Origin: an uncultured candidatus Porisulfidus sp.
Lineage (GTDB): Bacteria; Pseudomonadota; Gammaproteobacteria; Poriferisulfidales; Oxydemutatoraceae
DNA: 64,000 bases
Assembly: GCA_965215125.1 (NCBI GenBank)
Contig: OZ244052.1
Coordinates: forward strand, 1,856,001 to 1,920,000
Reading direction: 5' to 3'
Below the pieces are notes generated by a model. It was not told the origin of the DNA. It did no database searches and saw only the letters and a list, made by a program, of their open reading frames with translations. This document shows, one piece after another, positions 13,667-23,512 of the stretch. Both the position numbers and the translations under genes were made by a program. The first letter of the stretch is position 1; every line of letters begins with the position of its first letter.

Positions 13667-15436
13667 TTATAGCGGGGCATCGCCCGTTCGGTAGAGCGAG
13701 TGATGTTTCTCTTCTTGTGCTTTAGGTGAATAAGGTTCAGCCGACACTTTGGCCGGCTCCAGTTTGGCAACGATAACTTTGTTCATCATGCCCGACATCA
13801 TGTGATATAGAAGATGGCAATGAAATGCCCATTCGCCGGCTTCGTCTGCGGTGAGCAGTGCCGAATAGGTATCCCCCGGTGCCACATTCACGGTATGCTT
13901 GTTAGGGAGTTTGGATATCGGCTGTCCGTTTTCTAACTGGACGAACATACCGTGCAGATGCATCGGATGCGCCATCATCGTATCGTTGATAAAGGTCAAG
14001 CGGACGCGTTCGCCGTATTCCAAGTGTATCGGTCCGGAGTCTTCGTATTTGTTGCCGTTCAGTGTCCATATATAACGTTCCATATTGCCGCCCAAGCGGA
14101 CGATAATTTCTCGTTTCGGCAATCGCCGATCCTTTTGAACACCGTAATAGCGTAGGTCTTTATATGTCAATGCCTTATGTCCTTCGGGTGTATCTGCATC
14201 GGCCCATCCACTGCCCGGTGTACCGGTATCGAAGTCGTCGCCCGGCGGATGATACATGTCGTGCTCCTTGTGCGATGCGTGTTCTGCGTGATCCATATTT
14301 GTCGCAGAGTGTTCGCTATGATTCATATCTGCCATATCGTGTTGGCTATGATCCATGCCGGACATGTGATGCATCTTATGCGCCACGCCCATATCCGCCA
14401 TCGTCAGTGTTGCGCGTTTGCGTTGACGAGGTGGTTCTCCGCGCATTCCTTCGCGAGGTGCTAAAGTAGCCAGAGCGAAGCCGGTTCTATCGATCGGTTC
14501 GGCAACAATCGTATAAGCCTTATCTTCCGATGGTTCAACGATGGCATCGTAAGTCTCCGCCACACCGAAGCGGAACTCGTCGACGACCACCGGTTCTATA
14601 CGCTGACCGTCGGTAGCCACCATCGTCATTTGCAAACCCGGAATTCGCACATCGTAAAAAGACATCGCCGAGGCATTGATAAAGCGTAGCCTAATACGCT
14701 CGCCGACCCCGAAAAGCCCCGTCCAGTTTTGCTCGGGTGTTTTACCGTTGACCAAAAAGGTATAATTGCCGATATCCGTGAGATCGCTCGGCATCATCCG
14801 CATCCTGCCCCACATTTTGGCATTTTCCCATGCTTTGCCGAAACCTTGCTTCTTTGCGTCGGCAAAGAAATCACCGACGGTGCGCCGAACATAAACATAG
14901 TATTCGGATGATTTTTTGAGGTTTGCCATAATCGTGTTCGCATCGTCCTCGTGGAAATCGGAAAACAAAATCACATAGTCACGATCAACCTTGATACGAT
15001 CCTCGTCTTGGGGATGAATAACGATAGACCCGTAAAGACCGTCTTGCTCTTGCCCTTTAGAGTGAGCGTGATACCAGTAAGTCCCGCTCTGCCGAACCCT
15101 GAAACGATAAGTAAATGTTTCACCGGGCTTGATACCCGGAAAACCGTTAAAATCGGGCACACCGTCCATTTGCCCGGGCAACAACACCCCGTGCCAATGA
15201 ATGGAAGTATACTCGTTCATCCTATTGTTAACATGAATAACCGCTTCTTCACCTTCGTTGAATTGCAGGGTCGGAGCGGGGATACTTCCGTTGACAGTAA
15301 CTCGCTCAAGCGGTTTCCCGGTTATATAAACTTGCGCTTTGGCAACGACTAGGGAATACTCCCGCGTCTCGGCAACGCACGGCAAAGCAACAAGCACCCC
15401 TGCTATCATCAGTATACTCAATAGATATTTAACCAT
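13667..15436 (-). CDS. copA: CopA/PcoA-family multicopper oxidase
   Basis: HWHG, YWYHAH, HPMHLHG and HCHLLYHM copper sites, plus a Met/His-rich insert. Confidence 0.96.
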   Translation of the reverse strand: MVKYLLSILMIAGVLVALPCVAETREYSLVVAKAQVYITGKPLERVTVNGSIPAPTLQFNEGEEAVIHVNNRMNEYTSIHWHGVLLPGQMDGVPDFNGFPGIKPGETFTYRFRVRQSGTYWYHAHSKGQEQDGLYGSIVIHPQDEDRIKVDRDYVILFSDFHEDDANTIMANLKKSSEYYVYVRRTVGDFFADAKKQGFGKAWENAKMWGRMRMMPSDLTDIGNYTFLVNGKTPEQNWTGLFGVGERIRLRFINASAMSFYDVRIPGLQMTMVATDGQRIEPVVVDEFRFGVAETYDAIVEPSEDKAYTIVAEPIDRTGFALATLAPREGMRGEPPRQRKRATLTMADMGVAHKMHHMSGMDHSQHDMADMNHSEHSATNMDHAEHASHKEHDMYHPPGDDFDTGTPGSGWADADTPEGHKALTYKDLRYYGVQKDRRLPKREIIVRLGGNMERYIWTLNGNKYEDSGPIHLEYGERVRLTFINDTMMAHPMHLHGMFVQLENGQPISKLPNKHTVNVAPGDTYSALLTADEAGEWAFHCHLLYHMMSGMMNKVIVAKLEPAKVSAEPYSPKAQEEKHHSLYRTGDAPL

Positions 15437-15541
15437 AATCCAACATCCGCTTAGCGGTCATAACATTGTGAGAGGGATAAATTCATCGTAAGCATAGCCA
15501 TACTTGCTTATTATAGGCTACTTTGTCAGCGACGATAACAA

Positions 15542-15632
15542 TGGCGGAGAGAGAGGGATTCGAACCCTCGATACGGGATAACCGTATACACGCTTTCCAA
15601 GCGTGCGCCTTCGACCGCTCGGCCATCTCTCC
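15542..15632 (-). tRNA. tRNA-Ser (anticodon GGA)
   Basis: The reverse complement reads GGAGAGATGGCCGAGCGGTCGAAGGCGCACGCTTGGAAAGCGTGT...GAGGGTTCGAATCCCTCTCTCTCCGCCA, with a long variable arm and an encoded CCA. Confidence 0.97.
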
Positions 15633-15735
15633 GCAATCAGAGGCTATATTCTATTACACTTGCACAGCAGTACACAGTTTGTATTTTCAGGTGATCATAT
15701 CCCGTAGGTTGTGCGTATCTATGAAAATTGCCGGA

Positions 15736-16572
15736 TTACCGGTTGTAGAAACGGCAGATTTTTTCAACACCTTCTGCGATGCGTAGCGAGGGTCGTTGTA
15801 TTAAATCCGATTCTATATAGTGGGTCGGTATTTGTTTTCCGAATAGATCGGCAATCGTTCCCTTATCTACGCCCGATTCAAAACTATGGAATATATAATC
15901 GGGTTTTGATAACAACAGTGCCTCTCTGCCGAGCCGCACGACTTGCGGTTCCAAATCTGCATAGATGTTGGTGCCGCCGCAAAGGCTAATCGCTTTTGAT
16001 ATCCAACTCGTGCGGTTGACGCTGAGCGTAGGTTTGAGCCATAACAAATAGGCGGTTTTGTGATTGGTCTGCACGGTGCGGCGTAGCGATGCCAAAGTTT
16101 GCTCGAACCTATCGGCTAAAGCAGATGATTTTTCGGGTTGTCCTATCAATACGCCTACATCTCTCAGCGTCTTTGCGATGTCTTCAAAATCATTCGGTTC
16201 GGAGATGTAAAAATCGTAGCCGGTGTCATTCAATCTCCGAAATACCGGTTGTTTCAGCATCACACCCCAAACGAGGATTAAATCGGGGGCAAGTTTGAGC
16301 AATAATTCACGGTTAAAAGTACGGTAATCGGCAACGACGGGTAGTTCAAGTGCCTGCGGTGGATAATCGGAATATTCCGACACGCCGACCAAATACGGAC
16401 CACCGCCTGCCGAGTAGACTAACTCCGTCAGATGCGGTGCCAGTGTGATAATACGGCGCGCCGGATTTTCCAATGAAACCGTTCTTTGCCAATCGTCTAC
16501 GACGACGATTTCGTCTGCATCAACCGTCGCACATAAACCGAGTAGTATGAAAATTATTATTTTATGTTTCAC
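15736..16572 (-). CDS. btuF: Periplasmic cobalamin/iron-chelate-binding protein (BtuF-like)
   Basis: VDDWQRTV...PARRIITLAPHLTELVY..G, VGVSEYSDYPP and RPSLRI; signal peptide. Confidence 0.8.
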   Translation of the reverse strand: MKHKIIIFILLGLCATVDADEIVVVDDWQRTVSLENPARRIITLAPHLTELVYSAGGGPYLVGVSEYSDYPPQALELPVVADYRTFNRELLLKLAPDLILVWGVMLKQPVFRRLNDTGYDFYISEPNDFEDIAKTLRDVGVLIGQPEKSSALADRFEQTLASLRRTVQTNHKTAYLLWLKPTLSVNRTSWISKAISLCGGTNIYADLEPQVVRLGREALLLSKPDYIFHSFESGVDKGTIADLFGKQIPTHYIESDLIQRPSLRIAEGVEKICRFYNR

Positions 16573-16673
16573 GGCTGTTTATTGTATTAGTCCGTCTATG
16601 TGGGTGCAAATGTACCACTTGATTATGTTGATGTGTTGGTGGCGCATACTGTACCTTGTGCAGATACTTCTGC

Positions 16674-16800
16674 AACCACCCCATGGAAAGGCTTTACATT
16701 TTGTAATATGTATCAAGACTCTGGACAACGTTACGCCGATTGACCTACTGGCTCAATCGGCGGTTCTATTGCGCCTGCCACCCCTCCATAGGAGGGGAAT
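16674..16800 (-). repeat. Reverse-oriented family A copy interrupted by family B
   Basis: CAACCACCCC ... CGCCGATTGACCTACTGGCTCAATCGGCGGTTCTAT followed by TGCGCCTGCCACCCCTCCATAGGAGGGGAAT. Confidence 0.82.
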
Positions 16801-16943
16801 TGGTTAAACGCGTTAATTGGACAGGTGCGATAAGTTTGAGCGGATATATAATTCCTCTACGGCACGAGGCAAAAAGTTATTTAGTACTCGCTAAGACTAT
16901 GTATAATAAGCATTTGGCGAAAAAAGCAATAATTTATATTTCA

Positions 16944-17273
16944 ATGACAGGTTTCATAAACAAAGTATACGCACAAGAAGCGGGCGCGCCGGCATCTTCG
17001 GCAGGTTATGAATTGCTGTTCATGGTGGTGATATTTTTCTTGATTATGTACTTTTTGGTGATACGCCCTCAGAACAAGCGCAATAAGGAACACAAGGCGC
17101 TATTGAGTTCTCTATCCAAAGGCGACGAAATTTCTACTTCAGGAGGCATCTTGGGCAAGGTTACCGAAGTGGAAGATAGCTTTGTGCATATAGAGGTGCA
17201 GAAGGGCGTAGAGTTGAAAATACAAAAGCACTCGGTTTCGTCGGTATTGCCTAAAGGCACATTGAGTAGCTAA
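16944..17273 (+). CDS. yajC: Preprotein translocase subunit YajC (start moved to the ATG at 16944)
   Basis: MYFLVIRPQNKR, LSKGDEISTSGGILGKV and VLPKGTL; precedes secD. Confidence 0.95.
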   Translation: MTGFINKVYAQEAGAPASSAGYELLFMVVIFFLIMYFLVIRPQNKRNKEHKALLSSLSKGDEISTSGGILGKVTEVEDSFVHIEVQKGVELKIQKHSVSSVLPKGTLSS

Positions 17274-17286
17274 TAATAATTCTATA

Positions 17287-19152
17287 ATGCCCAATCGTTA
17301 TCCCTTGTGGAAGTATATATTACTGATTGCGGTAGTCACGCTTGCAATCGTTTACGCATTACCCAATGCGTATCCTGAAGATCCGACTATAGAAATCTCC
17401 GGCGACGATGTTCAGGTCACCGAAAACACCAAAAAGCGAGTAGAAGCATTTCTAGCTAAGCAGAATGTCGCCTACAAAGAAATGGAAATCACCGAAAACG
17501 GCAAATTACTGATTCGCTTTGCCGACACTACAAGCCAACTGTCGGTTGCCGAAAATCTGCGTGAACTCATGGGTAGCAATTATATCACTGCATTGAATTT
17601 AGCAGCGGCAACACCTCAGTGGTTGCGGGATTTTGATGCGACCCCGATGAATCTGGGCTTGGACTTGCGGGGCGGTGTTTATTTTTTGTTGCAAGTTGAT
17701 GTAAAAGCCGCACTCGATAAGGCGATGATCAGTTATAGAGATGCGATCCGCGGGATGCTCCGCGAGGAGCGTTTGCGCTATACCGAGTTTGATGTAGACG
17801 ATCGAACTTTGAAGATACAATTCTCCGACGAGGAAACCCGAGATGCGGCTTGGGAGCAGGTACGTTTAGAGATGCCGTTGGTTTTTTCCAATGAAAGTTA
17901 CGAGCGAGGCAATAGGGCAATGCTCGATCTCACGATTAGCCGAGACGAGATTAAATCTATACAGGATTTTGCGGTGCAACAAAATGTTTTAACGCTTAGA
18001 AAGAGAGTCAACGAATTGGGTGTTGCCGAACCGAGCATCGCTCGGCAGGGTGTAGACCGCATCGCCGTCCAACTGCCCGGTGTGCAAGACCCTACTCAAG
18101 CCAAAGAGATTTTGGGTGCCACCGCAACTTTGGAATTTCGTATGGTTGCAGAGCAATACGATGCGGCACGCGTCGCACGAAACAGGCGTATTCCGCCGGG
18201 CACCGAACTGCTATACGAAGGTAGCGAACCGGTATTGCTCAAAAGGGAAGTGATATTGAGCGGTGAGCATATCGTCGATGCGTCTTCCGGTTTGGATCCC
18301 GAGACCAACCAACCGGATGTCAATATCACATTGGACGGGCAAGGGTCGCGTATCTTTAGCCGTGTTACCGGACAGAACATCAAACGTCTGATGGCGGTTG
18401 TTTTTATAGAAAACAAAAGCTATACCTATCGCGACGACGACGGCGAACTCAAACGCAGAACCAAGACAACCGAGGAGGTCATCAGTGTTGCACGCATCCA
18501 AGCCCAGCTCGGCAAACGATTTCACATCACCGGATTGGATTCGCCTCAAGCGGCGCGCAAGCTCGCGTTATTGTTGCGCGCCGGTGCGTTGGCGGCACCG
18601 ATAGAGATCATAGAGGAACGCACCGTAGGACCCAGCTTGGGGCAGCAAAATATAGATCAAGGCATGAATGCCATAGTCTTGGGTTTTATACTCGTTATTT
18701 TGTTTATGATAGTTTATTACCGTGTTTTCGGGATTTTTGCAAACATGGCTTTGGTGCTTAATCTGTTACTCATCATTGCAATTATGTCCTTGATACCCGG
18801 TGCGACGTTGACGTTGCCGGGTATCGTCGGTATCGTATTGACCGTCGGTATGGCAGTGGATGCGAATGTACTGATTTTTGAGCGCATACGACAAGAACTA
18901 CACGTCGGTAGTAGCATACAAGCGAGTATAGACAACGGCTACAGACAAGCATTATCGACGATTGCCGATGCCAACATCACGACTTTGATTGCAGCGATCG
19001 TGTTGTTTGTTTTCGGTAGCGGTCCTATCAAAGGCTTTTCGGTGACCCTGTCTATCGGTATCTTGTGTTCTATGTTCACTGCCATTTTCGGCACCCGTGC
19101 GCTGGTCAATCTGATGTACGGTGGCCGCAGACTCAAGCAAATCGCGATTTAA
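17287..19152 (+). CDS. secD: Protein translocase subunit SecD
   Basis: NRYPLWKY, LGLDLRGG, RVNELGVAEP, GPSLG, GMAVDANVLIFERI and DANITT. Confidence 0.98.
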   Translation: MPNRYPLWKYILLIAVVTLAIVYALPNAYPEDPTIEISGDDVQVTENTKKRVEAFLAKQNVAYKEMEITENGKLLIRFADTTSQLSVAENLRELMGSNYITALNLAAATPQWLRDFDATPMNLGLDLRGGVYFLLQVDVKAALDKAMISYRDAIRGMLREERLRYTEFDVDDRTLKIQFSDEETRDAAWEQVRLEMPLVFSNESYERGNRAMLDLTISRDEIKSIQDFAVQQNVLTLRKRVNELGVAEPSIARQGVDRIAVQLPGVQDPTQAKEILGATATLEFRMVAEQYDAARVARNRRIPPGTELLYEGSEPVLLKREVILSGEHIVDASSGLDPETNQPDVNITLDGQGSRIFSRVTGQNIKRLMAVVFIENKSYTYRDDDGELKRRTKTTEEVISVARIQAQLGKRFHITGLDSPQAARKLALLLRAGALAAPIEIIEERTVGPSLGQQNIDQGMNAIVLGFILVILFMIVYYRVFGIFANMALVLNLLLIIAIMSLIPGATLTLPGIVGIVLTVGMAVDANVLIFERIRQELHVGSSIQASIDNGYRQALSTIADANITTLIAAIVLFVFGSGPIKGFSVTLSIGILCSMFTAIFGTRALVNLMYGGRRLKQIAI

Positions 19153-19159
19153 TCAAACT

Positions 19160-20068
19160 ATGCAGATTATCAAACAAAGCAACCTAGAATTTATGAAATA
19201 TCGCAATGCGGCACTGATCGTCTCGGCGGCACTCATAGTTCTGAGCATAGCTTCTCTGGCTTATCGGGGATTAAACTTCGGCATAGATTTCACCGGCGGC
19301 ACTCTGGTAGAAGTAGGTTATCAACAAGTTGCCGACTTGGCGAGCATCCGCAAGCAACTTGATGATGCCGGTTTTGAAGACGCACAGCTACAGCATTTCG
19401 GCACCGCAAAAGACGTGCTGATACGACTGGCTCCGCGTACCGAGGTTTCGCAGAGCGAGCTGAGCACACAGATTTTGGATGCATTATCGCAACAGCAACA
19501 AGCCGAAGTACGGCGGATTGAGTTCGTAGGGCCGCAGATAGGCGAGGAGCTTCGCGAGGACGGTGGTTTTGCCGTTCTCTATGCTTTGCTGGGCATATTA
19601 ATCTATGTCGCTTTCCGTTTTGAATATCGCTTTGCCGTCGGTGCGATTATCGCGCTCGTCCATGATGTATTGATTACGCTGGGTTTCTTCTCTTTGTCGG
19701 GCATAGAATTCAATTTGCCGGTGCTCGCTGCGATACTTGCGGTAATAGGTTATTCGTTGAACGATACGATCGTGATTTACGATAGAGTTCGCGAGAGCTT
19801 CATCAAATTCAAAGATGCTGCCGAGAAAGTCATCAATAAATCCATCAATTTGACATTGGCGCGCACCTTGATTACCTCGCTTACTACGCTCTTGGTGCTT
19901 ATCGCTTTGTTTATATTCGGTGGCGAGATTTTAACCGGCTTTACCGTCGCTTTGATAGTCGGCGTTATCATCGGTACCTATTCCTCTATCTATGTTGCGA
20001 GTCTGTCTATATTGATGATGGGGATTAACTACAAGCACGTTGTTCCGGCAAAGAAAGAAGGTGTCTGA
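19160..20068 (+). CDS. secF: Protein translocase subunit SecF
   Basis: GIDFTGG, VGPQIG, HDV, GYSLNDTIVIYDRVRE and GTYSS. Confidence 0.98.
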   Translation: MQIIKQSNLEFMKYRNAALIVSAALIVLSIASLAYRGLNFGIDFTGGTLVEVGYQQVADLASIRKQLDDAGFEDAQLQHFGTAKDVLIRLAPRTEVSQSELSTQILDALSQQQQAEVRRIEFVGPQIGEELREDGGFAVLYALLGILIYVAFRFEYRFAVGAIIALVHDVLITLGFFSLSGIEFNLPVLAAILAVIGYSLNDTIVIYDRVRESFIKFKDAAEKVINKSINLTLARTLITSLTTLLVLIALFIFGGEILTGFTVALIVGVIIGTYSSIYVASLSILMMGINYKHVVPAKKEGV

Positions 20069-20115
20069 GCGATGCGCAAAGACCTTATAAAACTCATACC
20101 TACCGAGGTAACACG

Positions 20116-20553
20116 ATGAGCGATAACGATTTTAACGACGACGATATTACATTGGCGAGTGGACTAGCCGCCTTTGAAGCTAAGCACTTTGCCAGAGCGA
20201 TCCAGATACTCGGCCCGTTGATCGAGAAAGGTAATGCCGAGGCGATGTACCGCAGCGCGATTATTTACCAAAACGGGCTCGGTGTGCACGCCAACGAAGA
20301 AGCGGCACTGCGTATGATGTCTGCGGCGGCGGAGCAAGGACACGCCTTGGCGCAACACGGTTTAGGTTTTATGTATATGCAGGGCGAATGTGTCGCACGC
20401 GACGGCGAGAAGGCGGTTGAATGGTTTAGCAAGGCGGCGGAACAGGGACTGGCAGGATCTCAAACGACGCTGGCAATGATCTACGAAGAGGGTACTTTGG
20501 TACCTAGAAATACCGAATTAGCAAGCTACTGGTACAAGAAAGCCGGTTTTTAG
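20116..20553 (+). CDS. Small Sel1-repeat protein
   Basis: Three Sel1-like repeats (AEQGHALAQHGLGFMY..G, AAEQGLAGSQTTLAMIY..G). Confidence 0.9.
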   Translation: MSDNDFNDDDITLASGLAAFEAKHFARAIQILGPLIEKGNAEAMYRSAIIYQNGLGVHANEEAALRMMSAAAEQGHALAQHGLGFMYMQGECVARDGEKAVEWFSKAAEQGLAGSQTTLAMIYEEGTLVPRNTELASYWYKKAGF

Positions 20554-20566
20554 ACCGCAACAGTTA

Positions 20567-20769
20567 ATTCCCCTCCTTCGGAGAGGTGGCCTATGCATTT
20601 TGCAATGCATGCGTTTAGCAGTCATGTTGAGGTTCTGAACAAAGTCACGCCGATTGACCTACTGGCTCAATCGGCGGTTCTTGCATTTCGTGATGTATGC
20701 GTCACCAACGCTCTCAGTTTCTGCACAAAGTCACGCCGATTGACCTACTGGCTCAATCGGCGGTTCTAT
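20567..20769 (+). repeat. Family A left half followed by two tandem long-form family B units
   Basis: ACAAAGTCACGCCGATTGACCTACTGGCTCAATCGGCGGTTCT occurs twice (about 20639 and 20725). The first unit matches 9923-10015. Confidence 0.88.
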
Positions 20770-21278
20770 CATAGCTTTCTAGAATCGTAAGCCCAATGCA
20801 ACAACGCTTGCCGTTGCCGAGGGCGACAATTTATATCGCCGCGTCTGCAATATTTTTTGATGGCACCTACATGCCGTTTGATTGCACGCCATCGTTTGAT
20901 CTGCCTTGCGTCTTCCGAAGGAATACGCCGCCCCATATAATAGCGGCAGTACCATTGAAACCAACCGCGCGGATCATAAGGATAAATCCAACCTTTCTTT
21001 CTCCATTCCTGCAACGGCAACGAAGCGTCCACTTTGAAATAATTTAATGCAGGGTCTTTATGCAGTAATGCGAGTTTGGCATCCTTGAACCAAGTGTACG
21101 GAAATTCGTCTTGGCAATCACACATGTATTTGCCACCGAAAATTCCCAGCTTCAGCAATTCTCTGGGTTTGAGTTGTGGTTTGAAGTCCTCGTCAAAATT
21201 ACGACCTACGGGTTCTACCAAGTAATAGACATAATTTCTCTGCATTTTGTCGTTGACCACGACTTTTTTTCGTGTCAT
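20769..21278 (-). CDS. Conserved hypothetical protein (basic; W/C-rich C-terminus)
   Basis: 169 aa with LGIFGGKY, DPRGWFQWYCRYYMGRR and RQRQALLHWAY. It looks like a conserved family, but I cannot assign a function. Confidence 0.75.
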   Translation of the reverse strand: MTRKKVVVNDKMQRNYVYYLVEPVGRNFDEDFKPQLKPRELLKLGIFGGKYMCDCQDEFPYTWFKDAKLALLHKDPALNYFKVDASLPLQEWRKKGWIYPYDPRGWFQWYCRYYMGRRIPSEDARQIKRWRAIKRHVGAIKKYCRRGDINCRPRQRQALLHWAYDSRKL

Positions 21279-21354
21279 GTATCAGCCCAACGTATTGTGC
21301 GTATGTAGGAGTGCAATATATGCAATCCACCTGGTCATTATCTATGCATCGTAG

Positions 21355-21840
21355 CTACAGGACGGTAGGGTTCGGTTGGTTGTGATAGACCACATCGGGG
21401 TCGAAGGCTTTGTGCTTTTCGGTGAATTGCAGTTTGGGTTTTTCGGGTAAATAGGCACCCAAAGGGATTTCCCTATAAAAGCAAGAGCGGTATCCGACAT
21501 GGCAGCTTGCATCGCCGACGACTTCTACGCGCATCCACAGCGCGTCCTGATCATCGTCGATCAGCAGTTGCTTGACTTTCTGAACCAGCCCACTCACATC
21601 TCCTTTGTGCCATAGGCATTGTCGGCTACGGCTCCAGTAATATGCCTCGCCGTGCTCGATCGTCTTCAGCAATGCTTCTTTATTCATATAGCCGTGCATG
21701 AGTATTTCGCCGCTTTTATAGTCGCTGGTGATTACCGGCACCAGTCCGTCGGCATTGAATTTAGGAGCCAAGTCGGTTCCCTCTTCGACTTGCTCTACGT
21801 TTTTGCGTTCGGCAAAGTTATAGTCTTGTGTATCGGTCAT
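21355..21840 (-). CDS. hisI: Phosphoribosyl-AMP cyclohydrolase
   Basis: YWSRSR..LWHKG..SG, IDDDQD and [12 protein letters not shown]. Confidence 0.96.
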   Translation of the reverse strand: MTDTQDYNFAERKNVEQVEEGTDLAPKFNADGLVPVITSDYKSGEILMHGYMNKEALLKTIEHGEAYYWSRSRQCLWHKGDVSGLVQKVKQLLIDDDQDALWMRVEVVGDASCHVGYRSCFYREIPLGAYLPEKPKLQFTEKHKAFDPDVVYHNQPNPTVL

Positions 21841-21890
21841 GATATTTCCTCGGCTTTGCGTTTGTCGGGGTGTCTCAAAAAGCTATTTTA

Positions 21891-22151
21891 TCATGTTCGT
21901 TTATCGGGTGGCGGAACCGGATCCCAGCCACCCGGTGCAAATGGATGACAACGAAGCAGGCGTTTGACAGTTAGCCATCCCCCTTTAATCGTACCGTACT
22001 GTTCAATCGCCTCGAGCGCGTATTCCGAGCAACTCGGGCAGAAGCGGCAGTGCGATGCGAATAGCGGCGACAGCAGATAGCGATAGGCTTTGATTAACGC
22101 TAAAAATGATTTGCGGACTATGGTGCCGATTATTTTCACTGTCGCAACCAC
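21891..22151 (-). CDS. yidD: Membrane protein insertion efficiency factor
   Basis: [18 protein letters not shown] and [17 protein letters not shown]. Confidence 0.93.
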   Translation of the reverse strand: MVATVKIIGTIVRKSFLALIKAYRYLLSPLFASHCRFCPSCSEYALEAIEQYGTIKGGWLTVKRLLRCHPFAPGGWDPVPPPDKRT

Positions 22152-23512
22152 TGGGTGCCGGAATCGTCGTCTTCTAAAACGATGCCGGCTGTGTTTAGAT
22201 AGTCTCGTATCTCGTCGGCGGTTGCAAAATCTTTACTGCGACGAGCTTGATTTCGTTTGGCAATCAAGGCTTCTATTTCTTGTTCGGATATTTGTTCTGC
22301 GACTGCTTTAGTCGGTGCTTGCCAGCGCAACCATTGACGCGGCTCTTCGTGCAGTAAACCGACGAAATTAGCCGAGGCTCGCAACACTGCAGCGTTGGCA
22401 TCGCGTTCGGATTCCGAAGCGAGACTCACTTCACCTGCCAAACGGTGCAACTCCGAGATTGCCAGAGGGGTATTTAAGTCGTCGGCTAGTGCTTCGCTAA
22501 CTTTGGCGTCTACGGTTGCCGGTTGTGATCGGGTGGAAAGCAACAAGCGATACCATTTGTCTAGATTATTGCGAGCTTGGTTTAATGCATCGGGTGTCCA
22601 ATCCAAAGGCTTCTTATAGTGAACGCTCATCAATGCCAAACGCACACATTCACCGTGAAAATTTTGTAGCACATCGCGCAGCGTGACAAAATTGCCTACC
22701 GATTTTGCCATCTTGTCGCCTTTGACAGTGATATAACCGTTGTGCATCCAATAACGCACGAATTGCTTGCCGTCGTGAGCGCACTCGCTCTGAGCGATTT
22801 CATTTTCGTGATGAGGAAAAACCAGATCCATGCCACCGCCGTGAATGTCTATGGTATCTCCCAGCAGTGCCTCGACCATCACCGAACATTCCAAGTGCCA
22901 GCCGGGGCGTCCTCGTCCCCAAGGACTATCCCAACCGATTTGTTCCGGTGTCGAAGGTTTCCATAAAACAAAATCCGATGGGTTCTTTTTATACGATGCC
23001 GGCTCCACTCGCGCCCCCTCTATAATTTCGTCCAGACTTTGGTGCGATAGGCAACCATAATTTTCGGCAGTCGCTATCTCGAATAATACATGTCCTTCGG
23101 CTTCGTATGCGTGCCCTTTTTGCAATAGTCTTTCGATCATTTTCATCATATCCGAGATGTGTTCGGTTGCGCGCGGCTCGCTATCCGGTGCTAAGACATT
23201 TAAGCTGTCTATATCATGATGGAATGCTTCTGTATAGCGTTGTGTCAGATCGTCTACCGTCAAGTTTTCGGCACTCGCCGCGTTGATAATTTTATCGTCC
23301 ACATCGGTGATATTGCGCACATAAGTTACTTCTTTGTATTGTTGTTTGAGCAATCGGTACAATAAATCAAATGTAACGATGGGTCGCGCATTACCGATAT
23401 GTATATAGTTGTAGACCGTCGGACCGCAGACATACATAGATACTCGGTCGGGGCGATGAGGTTTGAATATCTCCTTGGTACCGGTCAGTGTATTCGATAA
23501 GCGAATCTTCAT
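22136..23512 (-). CDS. cysS: Cysteine--tRNA ligase
   Basis: [30 protein letters not shown] and KMAKS. Confidence 0.98.
   Translation of the reverse strand: MKIRLSNTLTGTKEIFKPHRPDRVSMYVCGPTVYNYIHIGNARPIVTFDLLYRLLKQQYKEVTYVRNITDVDDKIINAASAENLTVDDLTQRYTEAFHHDIDSLNVLAPDSEPRATEHISDMMKMIERLLQKGHAYEAEGHVLFEIATAENYGCLSHQSLDEIIEGARVEPASYKKNPSDFVLWKPSTPEQIGWDSPWGRGRPGWHLECSVMVEALLGDTIDIHGGGMDLVFPHHENEIAQSECAHDGKQFVRYWMHNGYITVKGDKMAKSVGNFVTLRDVLQNFHGECVRLALMSVHYKKPLDWTPDALNQARNNLDKWYRLLLSTRSQPATVDAKVSEALADDLNTPLAISELHRLAGEVSLASESERDANAAVLRASANFVGLLHEEPRQWLRWQAPTKAVAEQISEQEIEALIAKRNQARRSKDFATADEIRDYLNTAGIVLEDDDSGTQWLRQ

Noticed and set aside
10100-15541. Intact integrative element or prophage at tRNA-Ser
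   Set aside because: There is no integrase, no direct repeat of the tRNA 3' end and no phage genes.
15523-15786. 87 aa ORF containing MAEREGFEPS
   Set aside because: It is the antisense translation of tRNA-Ser.
16573-16690. Possible cobalamin riboswitch upstream of btuF
   Set aside because: I could not find the conserved B12-box or AGGGAA elements.
16740-16943. N-terminal extension of YajC in the ORF track
   Set aside because: It runs through the B/A repeat. The ATG at 16944 gives a normal-length YajC, so unlike oplA no repeat translation is needed.
20590-20769. Repeat-spacer-repeat pattern of family B as a CRISPR or attC array
   Set aside because: There are only two units, the 'spacers' resemble each other and the copy at 9923, and there is no GTTRRRY core or integrase.
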